Below, piece after piece: positions 39,991 through 48,872 of a DNA stretch of 64,000 nucleotides. The first letter of the stretch is position 1; each line of letters opens with the position of its first letter. The DNA comes from Candidatus Chisholmbacteria bacterium (GTDB taxonomy: Bacteria; Patescibacteriota; Microgenomatia; UBA1400; Chisholmbacteraceae): positions 203,011-267,010 of the forward strand of contig CAVPHZ010000002.1 in NCBI GenBank assembly GCA_963704905.1. The letters run 5' to 3'. The position numbers were made by a program, and so were the translations under genes. The notes under the pieces are model-generated. The model was given only the letters and a program-made list of their open reading frames with translations. It made no database searches and was not told the DNA's origin.

Positions 39991-40062
39991 CCATATTCCT
40001 CAAACCTTCCAATTATTTCTCAAGAAGAGTAAAATACGCATGTTTCGTATATTTCTATACAC

Positions 40063-40146
40063 GCCGGGGTGGCGGAATTGGTAGACGCGTACGGTTTAGG
40101 ACCGTATGGACTTTTGTCCTTGGAGGTTCGAGTCCTCTCCTCGGCA
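40063..40146 (+). tRNA. tRNA-Leu (anticodon TAG)
   Basis: Manual fold: acceptor GCCGGGG/CCTCGGC (one G-U), anticodon stem TACGG/CCGTA with loop TTTAGGA, long variable arm, T arm GGAGG-TTCGAGT-CCTCT. Confidence 0.9.
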
Positions 40147-40414
40147 CACGAATATACTGAAATGTTTACATCAAAGAGTATAATGACGGATGTCCTCATT
40201 GAGATTCGATTAAAGCAATGTTTACATTGAGAAACGCAGTGACCAAGTGTTTACACCGACCAACGGAGTGAGGAAGTGGCTAAGTTCTATTCGAAAATTA
40301 AATCTCGCGTAAAGCTCGCATACCGCACACCCAATGCCTATAGGCGTGCAGTTAAATTCGAAAAAATACGTAATTCATCTAACGCTCAGCCAAAACCAAA
40401 GGAGACTCATAACA

Positions 40415-41308
40415 ATGACAAAAAAAGTTAAACAGATAACCAAAGACCCTGATGGAACAATTCACATCAAACTGACAATTTCCTGGGAAAAAGTCAAAAC
40501 TGCATACAACAAGGCCTTACTCGATTCAAAAAAAACACTCGAGGTAAAAGGGTTTCGCAAGGGTAAAGCTCCAGACAAAATTGTTGAGGAGCAAGTAGGG
40601 AAACAGTCACTCTATACGCAAGCGTTACAATACATTTTACCTGAAGCATACGCTGAAAAAGTAAAACAGTTAAAACTCAAACCGATTGTCAGTCCCAAGG
40701 TGGAGCCCAACAGCCTTGAAGAAGGTCAAACCTGGGAACTTACCGCAACATTGGCTGAAAAACCATCCATTAAACTTGGCGACTATAAAAAAATTGTGAT
40801 AGGTGCAAAGGCTGCTAGCAAAATCTGGACTCCAGGAAAAGATACCGACTCCCCAAAACAACAAGATGACACCGTACAACAAAAAGAAGCCTCTCTCGAT
40901 GAACGGCTGGCAAAAATCTTTGATGAACTTATTAACGAGGTGAAATTTGACCTACCAAAATTTCTCATCGAAGAACAAGTAAATCGCCAACTTTCTCGTC
41001 TCTTGGAACAAATAGAAAAACTTGGTCTTTCTCTGGAGCAATACCTTATCTCTCTGGGCAAAACTAGCGATCAATTACGAAAAGAATACCACCAAGAAGC
41101 CGAGCGAACGCTGAGACTTGAGCTGATCTTAAATGAAATTGCCAATGATCTGAAAACAACTGTTTTTGAAGAAGAAGTAGATAGACTTATAGATTCAGTC
41201 GGCGATGAGAAGCTGAAGGAAACATTGAAAAGTAACGCTCATGAGCGAGATGCCATCCGGGCCAGTTTACGAAAACGAAAAGTGACCGACGAACTGCTCA
41301 AAATGTAA
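40415..41308 (+). CDS. tig: Trigger factor (short form, apparently lacking the PPIase domain)
   Basis: N-terminal ribosome-binding signature GFRKGKAP and the trigger-factor N/C-domain pattern. ATG at 40415 preceded by AAAGGAG RBS; ORF-track start 40334 is upstream non-ATG. Confidence 0.75.
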   Translation: MTKKVKQITKDPDGTIHIKLTISWEKVKTAYNKALLDSKKTLEVKGFRKGKAPDKIVEEQVGKQSLYTQALQYILPEAYAEKVKQLKLKPIVSPKVEPNSLEEGQTWELTATLAEKPSIKLGDYKKIVIGAKAASKIWTPGKDTDSPKQQDDTVQQKEASLDERLAKIFDELINEVKFDLPKFLIEEQVNRQLSRLLEQIEKLGLSLEQYLISLGKTSDQLRKEYHQEAERTLRLELILNEIANDLKTTVFEEEVDRLIDSVGDEKLKETLKSNAHERDAIRASLRKRKVTDELLKM

Positions 41309-41416
41309 TTATGATTTAATATCCCATAATATTCTTGACTTGGAAGAATATTTATGCTAATATTCGTCAAACTTCCTCAAGCAGGAAGTATATTTTGGTA
41401 CTGTACTTGAGCAATT

Positions 41417-42049
41417 ATGAATAACAAGAAAAAACAAAACAACTTCCGTTCAGACAGTTTCTTTGAAGCTTTTCGAGAACTTGGGGGTGGGACTCGTCAG
41501 GCTGCTAAGGATGCTGCCATGGGTATTGGTGGAGATATGATTCGCCAAGTCACCCAAAAGAACTGGACTCCACAGCCACTTTCCGGTGAAATTTCCATGG
41601 GAGAACATCTTGATATCGACATAGAAATACAGAGAAGGGAAAAAGACATCATCAAGAAAGAGCGGTCCCACCTTGAGTATGTAAGAAGAGAAGAACAGCT
41701 TGTGTTTAATAGGAAAGAAGAACAACTAAAAGAACAAATAAAATCCATCCAAGAGGAACTAAAGAAAGAACTCGAAAAACTCGCCGAAGAAGCCGGAGGA
41801 CTAGTTGGAGAACTTGAAATTGCAGTCGAGCAAACAATTGTCAGCCCTGGTACGTATCATCTAAACTTTTTCGATAAAATCCGACAACTCTTTATCTTGC
41901 TCAGAAAACGTGTTCATGAATCTAAAACCTGGATGCACACCGTCAATAGTCGATCCTCACACAGATCATTCTATTGGGGTAGTGTCGGCAAGTCGGGAAC
42001 CAAATTCATGCTCTCTCAAGAGAGATATATGTCTACTCAGGCTGGATAA
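41417..42049 (+). CDS. Hypothetical coiled-coil protein (210 aa)
   Basis: Charged heptad-like region (EEQLKEQIKSIQEELKKELEKLAEE); no recognisable domain. Confidence 0.35.
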   Translation: MNNKKKQNNFRSDSFFEAFRELGGGTRQAAKDAAMGIGGDMIRQVTQKNWTPQPLSGEISMGEHLDIDIEIQRREKDIIKKERSHLEYVRREEQLVFNRKEEQLKEQIKSIQEELKKELEKLAEEAGGLVGELEIAVEQTIVSPGTYHLNFFDKIRQLFILLRKRVHESKTWMHTVNSRSSHRSFYWGSVGKSGTKFMLSQERYMSTQAG

Positions 42050-42082
42050 CCTCTTACGAATTCAATAAGTTTTTTTTAGTGC

Positions 42083-42265
42083 TTGACACATCCATTACAT
42101 ATTTGCTAAATATAACAATTATGAACAAAGTCTCTCAAACCTACATGCTTATTGATCCTATTTTTGTCCTTATTACCAAGGGCAGTTTTGGTTTGGGGGA
42201 AACGTTGTAAATAAAAATTAAAAATAAGCAAAAACACGAAACCTCCAAACCAGGAGGTTTTTTTG
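42083..42265 (+). promoter_or_regulatory. Candidate leader-peptide transcription attenuator. TTGACA-N18-TAAATA promoter, 29-codon leader ORF (42121-42210, MNKVSQTYMLIDPIFVLITKGSFGLGETL), antiterminator strand GGTTTGGGGG, terminator CCTCC-aaacca-GGAGG-U7.
   Basis: Seen directly: -35 TTGACA at 42083-42088; leader ATG at 42121 (near-leaderless); GGTTTGGGGG (42190-42199) is complementary to CCTCCAAACC (42242-42251) with one G-U; CCTCC (42242-46) also pairs with GGAGG (42253-57), followed by TTTTTTT. Confidence 0.45.
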
Positions 42266-42278
42266 TTTCTAAAGGAAT

Positions 42279-43895
42279 ATGAAACAAGAACGCGACATAC
42301 TAATCTATCCAAGTCACGATTTCGAAGTAGGGAATCACAACGTTGTTAGTCAAGACTTAAAAAGTGGTAAAAGTGTTGGACTGTTGGATGGAGCTTCTCC
42401 GAAAACACAATTGGATGTAGGAGGTCACTATGACTTCCGAAGCATAGATCAGTTGATGAACCAAGAAGCCAAGGGGTACGTACTTACTACAGATGCGGAT
42501 CGGTTGTTCGCCCAAGTTCTCTATCGAGGAATACTCGCAAATCGAAGCTTAACAGCTGTTGAAAGATTGCAAGATATTCCTACAAAGAAAGGGGAAGTTG
42601 GATTGTATATTCCATATGTGAACTTTTATCCACCCGAATTTCCTAACACTGCAACTTGGAAGAGATATGGACTTCCGACAGAAGTTGCTCAACGTGCACA
42701 AAATAAAGCTGACTTCCACAATTGGTTAGTCAAAGAAGGATTTGCAGAACATACTCCTAATCATATCGTTAGCAATGTTGAATCTATCCCAAACCTCGGT
42801 CAAAACATGATCAGACAAATTGATCAGATGTACTCTCAAGCCGCTATGCAAAGTGAGTATCCTTTAGGGCTAATGATCAGAGCAGCTAGAAGCGACGGAA
42901 ATTATGGTGCAGCAAAAGTGGTTCAGCTTGTAGAGGGTGAAACTATTATTGAAAATCATGAAGGTCTAGATATTGTAAGACGGTTTAAGGCTGGAGATAT
43001 TCTTATGTACCCAGATGGAAAGAAAAGGGGTATCAAAAAATTCTCGGAATGGCCAAGGGCTCTGGAAGCAGCTTCAAAGCATATTGAGGGTGCTATGGAT
43101 ATGAACGTCGACAGCAGAGTCGTGATGTCAAGACTCTTAGACTTGGAAGCATCCCCTGGAATAAGTGCCGTAATTATAAAAGGTATAGCTCACACATTTA
43201 GATGGAATGGTCAATGGCAAGAAGATGGAGAAAGCGCTTGTACTGGAACGATGAGCTATGATCTCGCACATGATGGAAAAATCGAGGCTGATTACTTTGA
43301 GCAAAGTCAAGAGGTATATGTAAGAGTTCTAAGTAAAATGCTGGTAGGTCAAGAAAATCTCGAAGATATTTATGCCAAGAACAACATGGATCTCATGATA
43401 CCAGGAAGGCTAGAGAGAAAGCTATGGCAAAGAGCTCAAAGAGACCCTTCCCTGTTTAAATATCTTGGAACTGTTGGAAGAAATAATCTGGAATATATGC
43501 CGAGAATCTATTCGTCCCAGGATGTACTTATTGCTGAAGATAATCCAAGAGACACGAACTGGACTCTGGCTGTGCAAGCTGTTTTACAAGCTCTACAACG
43601 TCAGTTTACCCTGGAAAATATGCTAGCAATTGCGAATGGACTAGATGGTCAGATTATAGCTAGAGATGTATGGCCTTTACCTGAAGCCCTAAGGGGAGAA
43701 GATATGGATAAGGTTCGTGATACTCTACTCGAATTTCATGAGAGAGTTAAGAGAAGAGGAGATGGTTTCATTTTACGAATGCCCGATTTACCAAAAGCAG
43801 GAGCTATAGCCTATACAACTGATGTGTCAAGAACTCCGTACGGTTTGTTTGATGAGGCCTACGGAGCACTAAATTCAAATAATCTAGGACTATGA
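42279..43895 (+). CDS. Large uncharacterised protein A (538 aa), downstream of attenuator 1
   Basis: ATG with AAAGGAA RBS; no confidently recognisable domain. Weak ATP-grasp-like hints (IRAARSDGNYGAAKVV; LIAEDNPRD) that I cannot confirm. Confidence 0.5.
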   Translation: MKQERDILIYPSHDFEVGNHNVVSQDLKSGKSVGLLDGASPKTQLDVGGHYDFRSIDQLMNQEAKGYVLTTDADRLFAQVLYRGILANRSLTAVERLQDIPTKKGEVGLYIPYVNFYPPEFPNTATWKRYGLPTEVAQRAQNKADFHNWLVKEGFAEHTPNHIVSNVESIPNLGQNMIRQIDQMYSQAAMQSEYPLGLMIRAARSDGNYGAAKVVQLVEGETIIENHEGLDIVRRFKAGDILMYPDGKKRGIKKFSEWPRALEAASKHIEGAMDMNVDSRVVMSRLLDLEASPGISAVIIKGIAHTFRWNGQWQEDGESACTGTMSYDLAHDGKIEADYFEQSQEVYVRVLSKMLVGQENLEDIYAKNNMDLMIPGRLERKLWQRAQRDPSLFKYLGTVGRNNLEYMPRIYSSQDVLIAEDNPRDTNWTLAVQAVLQALQRQFTLENMLAIANGLDGQIIARDVWPLPEALRGEDMDKVRDTLLEFHERVKRRGDGFILRMPDLPKAGAIAYTTDVSRTPYGLFDEAYGALNSNNLGL

Positions 43896-44626
43896 AAAAA
43901 CCAACTCTCCTTCTCCAATTCAGAACCGACAGATCAGAGATCCATGAGCAAACCTGCATTATGAAAAAAGGTGGATACCTGCCAGATGAACTCAAAATTA
44001 TTAACGTATTAAAAAATGGAAATACTCTTCCTAAGCCAGAAGCTCTTGATAACTATCAAGCAGTAATTACCGGCGCTTCAGGACAATACAACACTACAGA
44101 TTGGCCTCCAGATATCCGTAGGAAAGTTGAGAAATTCCTTCCATTGCTAAGAGAAATCATTAAAAGAGATAAGCCACTCCTAGCTATCTGTTTCGGACAC
44201 CAAATAATTGCCAACCTCCTCGAGGGAAAAGTAGAGAATGATGAGGATCAAGCTGAAACAGGCACTATTTCTGTCTCGTTAACCAAGGAGGGAAGAAAAT
44301 CGGATCTATTCGAAAATATTCCAGATAATTTCCATGTTGTTCTTGGTCATAAGGACTCTGTAACGAAACTGCCAAAACAGGCAATGCTATTGGCAAAATC
44401 TAAAACGTGCCGAGTAGAGGCGTACAAAATTAAAAACAATATCTATTCAGTCCAGTTTCACCCAGAACTCGATTTAGATGGTCTTATTTGGCGTTTAAAA
44501 CTATATCCTGAGTACCTAAAAGGGAAAACTTTTAAACAAGTTCGCTCTGAATATAACGAAATACCATACGCATCCAAAATCATAGAGAATTTTAAAAAAA
44601 TAACTTTCAAGAACGGTTTTAAATAG
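43892..44626 (+). CDS. Class I glutamine amidotransferase-like protein
   Basis: Catalytic triad context LLAICFGHQIIANLL (nucleophile elbow G-x-C-x-G) and VQFHPE (His-Glu); start overlaps protein A stop by 4 nt. Confidence 0.75.
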   Translation: MKKPTLLLQFRTDRSEIHEQTCIMKKGGYLPDELKIINVLKNGNTLPKPEALDNYQAVITGASGQYNTTDWPPDIRRKVEKFLPLLREIIKRDKPLLAICFGHQIIANLLEGKVENDEDQAETGTISVSLTKEGRKSDLFENIPDNFHVVLGHKDSVTKLPKQAMLLAKSKTCRVEAYKIKNNIYSVQFHPELDLDGLIWRLKLYPEYLKGKTFKQVRSEYNEIPYASKIIENFKKITFKNGFK

Positions 44627-44667
44627 TAATTAATAATCAATAATGTAACTTGATAAACCTAACAAAA

Positions 44668-44798
44668 ATGAATCTGATTACAAGAATCACCACATCTTTT
44701 GAATTTTTTAGCTTCTGCAAAGGAGGTTGTGTTCTTGCGGAAAAGTAACTACTAATAGATAGCAAGAAATATACAACCTCCATTCCGGAGGTTTTTTT
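44668..44798 (+). promoter_or_regulatory. Candidate Phe-responsive leader-peptide attenuator. 26-codon leader ORF (44668-44747, MNLITRITTSFEFFSFCKGGCVLAEK), antiterminator GGAGGTTGT:ACAACCTCC, terminator AACCTCC-attcc-GGAGGTT-U7 containing the GGAGG upstream of the ATG.
   Basis: Seen directly: GGAGGTTGT (44722-30) is perfectly complementary to ACAACCTCC (44773-81); CCTCC (44777-81) alternatively pairs with GGAGG (44787-91), followed by T7 and the ATG at 44799. Leader has 4 Phe codons within 6 codons (TTT GAA TTT TTT AGC TTC). Confidence 0.5.
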
Positions 44799-46442
44799 AT
44801 GACTAAACAAGAAAAAGTAACGCATAAAAACATCGGCAGAGGAGAAATATTAAATCTTCATGGCCAACTGCTTCCGACAGGCAACCGAGAACCAGATATT
44901 CATCAGGGAGAGGGTGCTATTTTGATGGATCTGAGCGGAAACGTAAAACATGAACTGTGGCGCCTAAGAGCTGGATCAATTTCTGAGTATAATCCTGCAA
45001 TTGACGGAGACTTGATACCTTGGTGTCTTAGTCCAAATGTCAGTATACCACCGTTGCTACTTTCTCCCGATCAAATATTTATTGGCACCGAAGATGAAGA
45101 TCACTTAATAACAAGTGACCCTGAAACATCAGGGGACATGAACAATCTTAAACTTGAAAATATAAACGGACCCGAAACAGAGATAGATCCCGAGCTACTC
45201 ATCAACGCCATAGAAATTAAGCGTATCGGAGGAATGCAGGGTTTCAATGCAATTCTAAGGCACATCCAATCTTCACGGGCACGACTGCTAGATACTGCCA
45301 TTCAATCTGGACAGCACGCTTTGTTCCTGGGTGCACAGCCTACAGCATTGCTGCCGGACATTCACCCACACCCCTACTTGCAAAAAGCAGGTCTAACGAC
45401 TGCAAAGCAATATCTCCAACTAGATCCCGAAAGCCACACGCACCAAACGTACTTCTTCCCTTTAATTGGACAAGACTGGGCAACTGAAACGGATCAGCAG
45501 TATATGCGTGGCTTAAGCCAATTTAGCGGATTAGGTTTTCAAACTAATATAAACATTCCTGTGGATAATGAAAACTTAGCCGTAGAGGTAGGGAATAAAT
45601 TGGCTTTTTCCGACATCTCAATTATTTTAGCAGGCATCTTAAACTCTTCACCAGTCTTAAACGGTGTGCTTTCTGCACGCTCTGACACACGACTCATCGC
45701 TAAACGCGTATTAGCTTCCGCAAATCCACAAGCCGAATTTTATCCGCTTAAAGACGTATTGGAGAGGGTCAATGAGGAGGTAGTTTCAGGAAAAGTTCCT
45801 ACAATTGCCAGAGCCTTATGCCTGGGTGTTGATGGTGGTTCAGTGTTTCACGGCATGGGAATGAGGATTCGAGGAGATAGGGGACAGGGTAATTCAACCT
45901 GGGAAGATATGCTACCATCTACTGGAGACGATGAAATCCAGGCTGCCTATGCATACATTAAAGCCTGCCAAACCAGTTATCTGATCTACTGCCAATCACA
46001 TGCTATCGAACCGGATAGAGATGAATTCAACATCCAACCTTCAGACTACAGAGAATCATTGATCAACGATATCTCCATGTATGGACCAAAACCATACACC
46101 CGCAGGATATTCTCTCATCTTAATTTCTTAGAAAACTTTTTTGATCAAAATGCAATTCCCATTGAAGGATTCGAAGATGCTAAATTGGTATTCAGAAGAG
46201 CTCTACAAACCCCAACAAATTACTGTATCGAAAACTATTATCAAAGAGGGCATTATGACCACAAGATTGGTTTACTTACGGATCATCTCAGAGCCACCGT
46301 CAATCAGGAGATACAAAGTATTGGTGAAAATCCCAATCATTGGATCGACAAATACAATCCACAAATTGCATTAGCCGTTCATTCTGCAATGATGAGATAC
46401 GCCGTCTCGTTGGCGAGATACTACTCTCAACCACCTGTTTAG
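44799..46442 (+). CDS. Large uncharacterised protein B (547 aa), downstream of attenuator 2
   Basis: ATG 8 nt after a GGAGG that lies in the terminator hairpin; no recognisable domain by eye. Confidence 0.5.
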   Translation: MTKQEKVTHKNIGRGEILNLHGQLLPTGNREPDIHQGEGAILMDLSGNVKHELWRLRAGSISEYNPAIDGDLIPWCLSPNVSIPPLLLSPDQIFIGTEDEDHLITSDPETSGDMNNLKLENINGPETEIDPELLINAIEIKRIGGMQGFNAILRHIQSSRARLLDTAIQSGQHALFLGAQPTALLPDIHPHPYLQKAGLTTAKQYLQLDPESHTHQTYFFPLIGQDWATETDQQYMRGLSQFSGLGFQTNINIPVDNENLAVEVGNKLAFSDISIILAGILNSSPVLNGVLSARSDTRLIAKRVLASANPQAEFYPLKDVLERVNEEVVSGKVPTIARALCLGVDGGSVFHGMGMRIRGDRGQGNSTWEDMLPSTGDDEIQAAYAYIKACQTSYLIYCQSHAIEPDRDEFNIQPSDYRESLINDISMYGPKPYTRRIFSHLNFLENFFDQNAIPIEGFEDAKLVFRRALQTPTNYCIENYYQRGHYDHKIGLLTDHLRATVNQEIQSIGENPNHWIDKYNPQIALAVHSAMMRYAVSLARYYSQPPV

Positions 46443-46573
46443 CGTGAGATTTATTGCAATATGATTTATGATTATGAAAAAGATCTTTTGGCTGAATCGT
46501 TGTGTTTCGGTATAGATAACTTAACTTAGATGGATTGTCCCATTGACGAATTGAATCCTGATCCTTGAAACTC

Positions 46574-47986
46574 TTATAACCAACCCTTATAAATAATGTC
46601 TAACTTCTCCCTAGCGATTTTCCCTCCATCAAGGTCAACAGCTGTCAGTAGGAATGGATATGAAGCTTCAGTTCGACCAGACATCTCACTTTCAAATCGC
46701 TTAATCAAAGGCGCAAACCGCCTAGCATCGAGTGTGTACTTACCAACCAGACTACCATTCTCACGCACCACCGTTATGGAGCCGATTGGTGCCAGTCTCG
46801 CAGCATTTCCAACGTAGGCGAGTGCTAAAGAATTCTTGTTGACCGAACGTAAACTAAAAGACTTTTCTTCAACCCGAATATTCATACGTTGGGCAAGATG
46901 TCTGACAATAAACCACATCGTTGATGAAGGAAGTTGATTTACCTCAAGTGGGGGATAATACAACGTTTCTCCGTCATATGCCAGTACCCCCTCTCCTGGG
47001 CCATCCGCGATGACCACATTCTCGTACTGAGCATCAAATACACCAGGTTCCTGAAAGTTCACATATGATGCGATCCCACCATTTTTATCTACCGTGTAAG
47101 GTCCGAAGTAACCTGCCTCATCAATACCCTTGATATTACGCGCAAGTTTTCCCACTCGGCCGGCATCTCCATAGTTTGACGCATTTTTTCCCAAAATTGG
47201 AAACAAACGTTGGTCCGGAAAAAAAGCGATACGCAAACCCGATCCACCGTAAACTCTCTTTGGATGATTGAAATAATAAGGCCAATGTAAAGCCATTGCA
47301 GCCACATCAATCTGGTGATGTTCTTTTAGACTCACTCCGACACCGCCAGGTCCTGGTCGCGCTGATGGTCTAAGATAGGCTCTCGAAATTTCTCTTTTGG
47401 AGTTGGTGAGTATTCCCTCCCCCAAAACTGCAACCAGATCCCGAATTGCAAGATCAAATGTCTCGGGCAAACAGGGTAGCGAAAAAAACCTACTTTTCAG
47501 GGATATCTCAAATCGTTTCATCCGCAGAGGGTGCAAAACCAAATGTGCTCCCACAATTCTCCTGCCAGAGACTTCCGGCTCTACACTACTTCCTTCAAAA
47601 ACGCCAGAACCGTAATCTCCCGCGTGACTGGGTAATATCGTGGTTCGGTTGAGAGGATGCCATGAAGGCACGATGACTAGCTTGTTTTCATGGTAGGAGT
47701 AGACAAGGACATACGTGTTTCCTTTGCTTCCCTCTTCAAAAATATCCTTGCGTAGTCTGATCGATTCAGCGTCCGGTTCTTTATAAAAGTCAAGAATTCT
47801 GGTAGAAGGGAGATAATGAGCTATTCTATCTTCGATTCGTAAAGGAAATCCGAGTTGGATTGTTAGCTCATTAGTTGAAAATGATCGTTCAACTCTATCA
47901 AATTCCTCAAAAAGTGCTGACTTACGAAAATTCTTTGCCATTAAATTCATAGTAGCATTTCTATCATCAGATGTATGTGTCATCAA
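46574..47986 (-). CDS. Class IV (fold type IV) PLP aminotransferase, branched-chain aminotransferase-like, with ~100-aa N-terminal extension
   Basis: Aligns with IlvE motifs: SHAGDYGSGVFEG (cf. SHALHYGTSVFEG), HPLRMKRFEISLKS (cf. HREHMQRLHDSAKI), AYLRPSARPG (cf. AYIRPLIFVG), K-x-x-NY region (KNASNYGDAG), GNAARLAPI (cf. SGTAAEITPV). Confidence 0.6.
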   Translation of the reverse strand: MMTHTSDDRNATMNLMAKNFRKSALFEEFDRVERSFSTNELTIQLGFPLRIEDRIAHYLPSTRILDFYKEPDAESIRLRKDIFEEGSKGNTYVLVYSYHENKLVIVPSWHPLNRTTILPSHAGDYGSGVFEGSSVEPEVSGRRIVGAHLVLHPLRMKRFEISLKSRFFSLPCLPETFDLAIRDLVAVLGEGILTNSKREISRAYLRPSARPGPGGVGVSLKEHHQIDVAAMALHWPYYFNHPKRVYGGSGLRIAFFPDQRLFPILGKNASNYGDAGRVGKLARNIKGIDEAGYFGPYTVDKNGGIASYVNFQEPGVFDAQYENVVIADGPGEGVLAYDGETLYYPPLEVNQLPSSTMWFIVRHLAQRMNIRVEEKSFSLRSVNKNSLALAYVGNAARLAPIGSITVVRENGSLVGKYTLDARRFAPLIKRFESEMSGRTEASYPFLLTAVDLDGGKIAREKLDIIYKGWL

Positions 47987-48044
47987 ACCGACTATCCCTT
48001 TTTTATTGAATAACTAAGAGATATTTTGTACAATATCCTGATCT

Positions 48045-48119
48045 GGGGCGGGTAGCTCAGCTGGTTAGAGCGTTACGTTGACATCGTAAAGGTCAGAGGT
48101 TCGAGCCCTCTTCCGCCCA
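48045..48119 (+). tRNA. tRNA-Val (anticodon GAC)
   Basis: Manual fold: acceptor GGGCGGG, D arm GCTC-AGCTGGTTA-GAGC, anticodon stem TTACG/CGTAA with loop TTGACAT, T arm AGAGG-TTCGAGC-CCTCT. TACAAT -10 box 11 nt upstream. Confidence 0.9.
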
Positions 48120-48126
48120 CCCAGCT

Positions 48127-48357
48127 ATGCCTGACGATAATGAAGAACTTCCAAAATTCATCGACAAAGATCGCAGAGTTTCAGCAATACATAGAAACAA
48201 GTACACGCTTGGTGTAAGAATCGGCCCAGACTTCAAAATTCAGTCGATAGTCGGAACCCGAAAGGATATCCTTGGGAGCAAGGAACAGCATGATTCTCCT
48301 TCGGAGAAGAAGGATGCTAACACCAACGATCCAGAATCCGATTCTAAAAACAAATAA
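48127..48357 (+). CDS. Hypothetical small hydrophilic protein (76 aa)
   Basis: ATG-initiated ORF immediately after tRNA-Val; no recognisable motifs. Confidence 0.25.
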   Translation: MPDDNEELPKFIDKDRRVSAIHRNKYTLGVRIGPDFKIQSIVGTRKDILGSKEQHDSPSEKKDANTNDPESDSKNK

Positions 48358-48418
48358 ATTACTTCACACCTCTATCTCCACTTGATCAACGGTAAGAGAA
48401 TGTGATCAAATAGTAACA

Positions 48419-48811
48419 ATGCCGGATGAACAAGGCGAACAATCCCAGATAAAAAGAGAGGGAAAAACAATCTACGAAGCAGGATACGGGGCCATCTTCG
48501 CGCGAAATTTTGTCGCTGGTTTTAGCAGAGCACTAGGTTCAATTTTTGTGTATCTGATACTTGGAGGATTACTCTATGCGCTGGTAACAACCTATATCAT
48601 CCCTCAAGTCCAACGTATACTTCCAGAATCATTCCCTTTCTTCGGGCCATCGCTTCTGCAACAACTCCAAACCCAACCATTATCTGAGGAAAGCTTGCAA
48701 AACAACCCAACATTTACAGTCTCACCGGAACAGGTAAATAACGCATTGGACATTATTGAACAAGCTCAGCATGAACAGCAAAAAACACCAACGCCGACAC
48801 CTTCAGAGTAA
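48419..48811 (+). CDS. Hypothetical membrane protein (130 aa, one TM)
   Basis: TM helix IFVYLILGGLLYALVTTYII; Gln-rich C-terminus. Confidence 0.4.
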   Translation: MPDEQGEQSQIKREGKTIYEAGYGAIFARNFVAGFSRALGSIFVYLILGGLLYALVTTYIIPQVQRILPESFPFFGPSLLQQLQTQPLSEESLQNNPTFTVSPEQVNNALDIIEQAQHEQQKTPTPTPSE

Positions 48812-48872
48812 AATGTCCATGCAATTTCACAATCGTAAACTGAAGAATACGATTCCCATCTTCTAGTATTCG

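Noticed and set aside
42106-42312. ORF-track minus-strand ORF of 68 aa overlapping the attenuator 1 leader and the start of the 538-aa gene.
   Set aside because: It is antisense to the promoter/leader/terminator structure and to the true gene start, so it is unlikely to be real.
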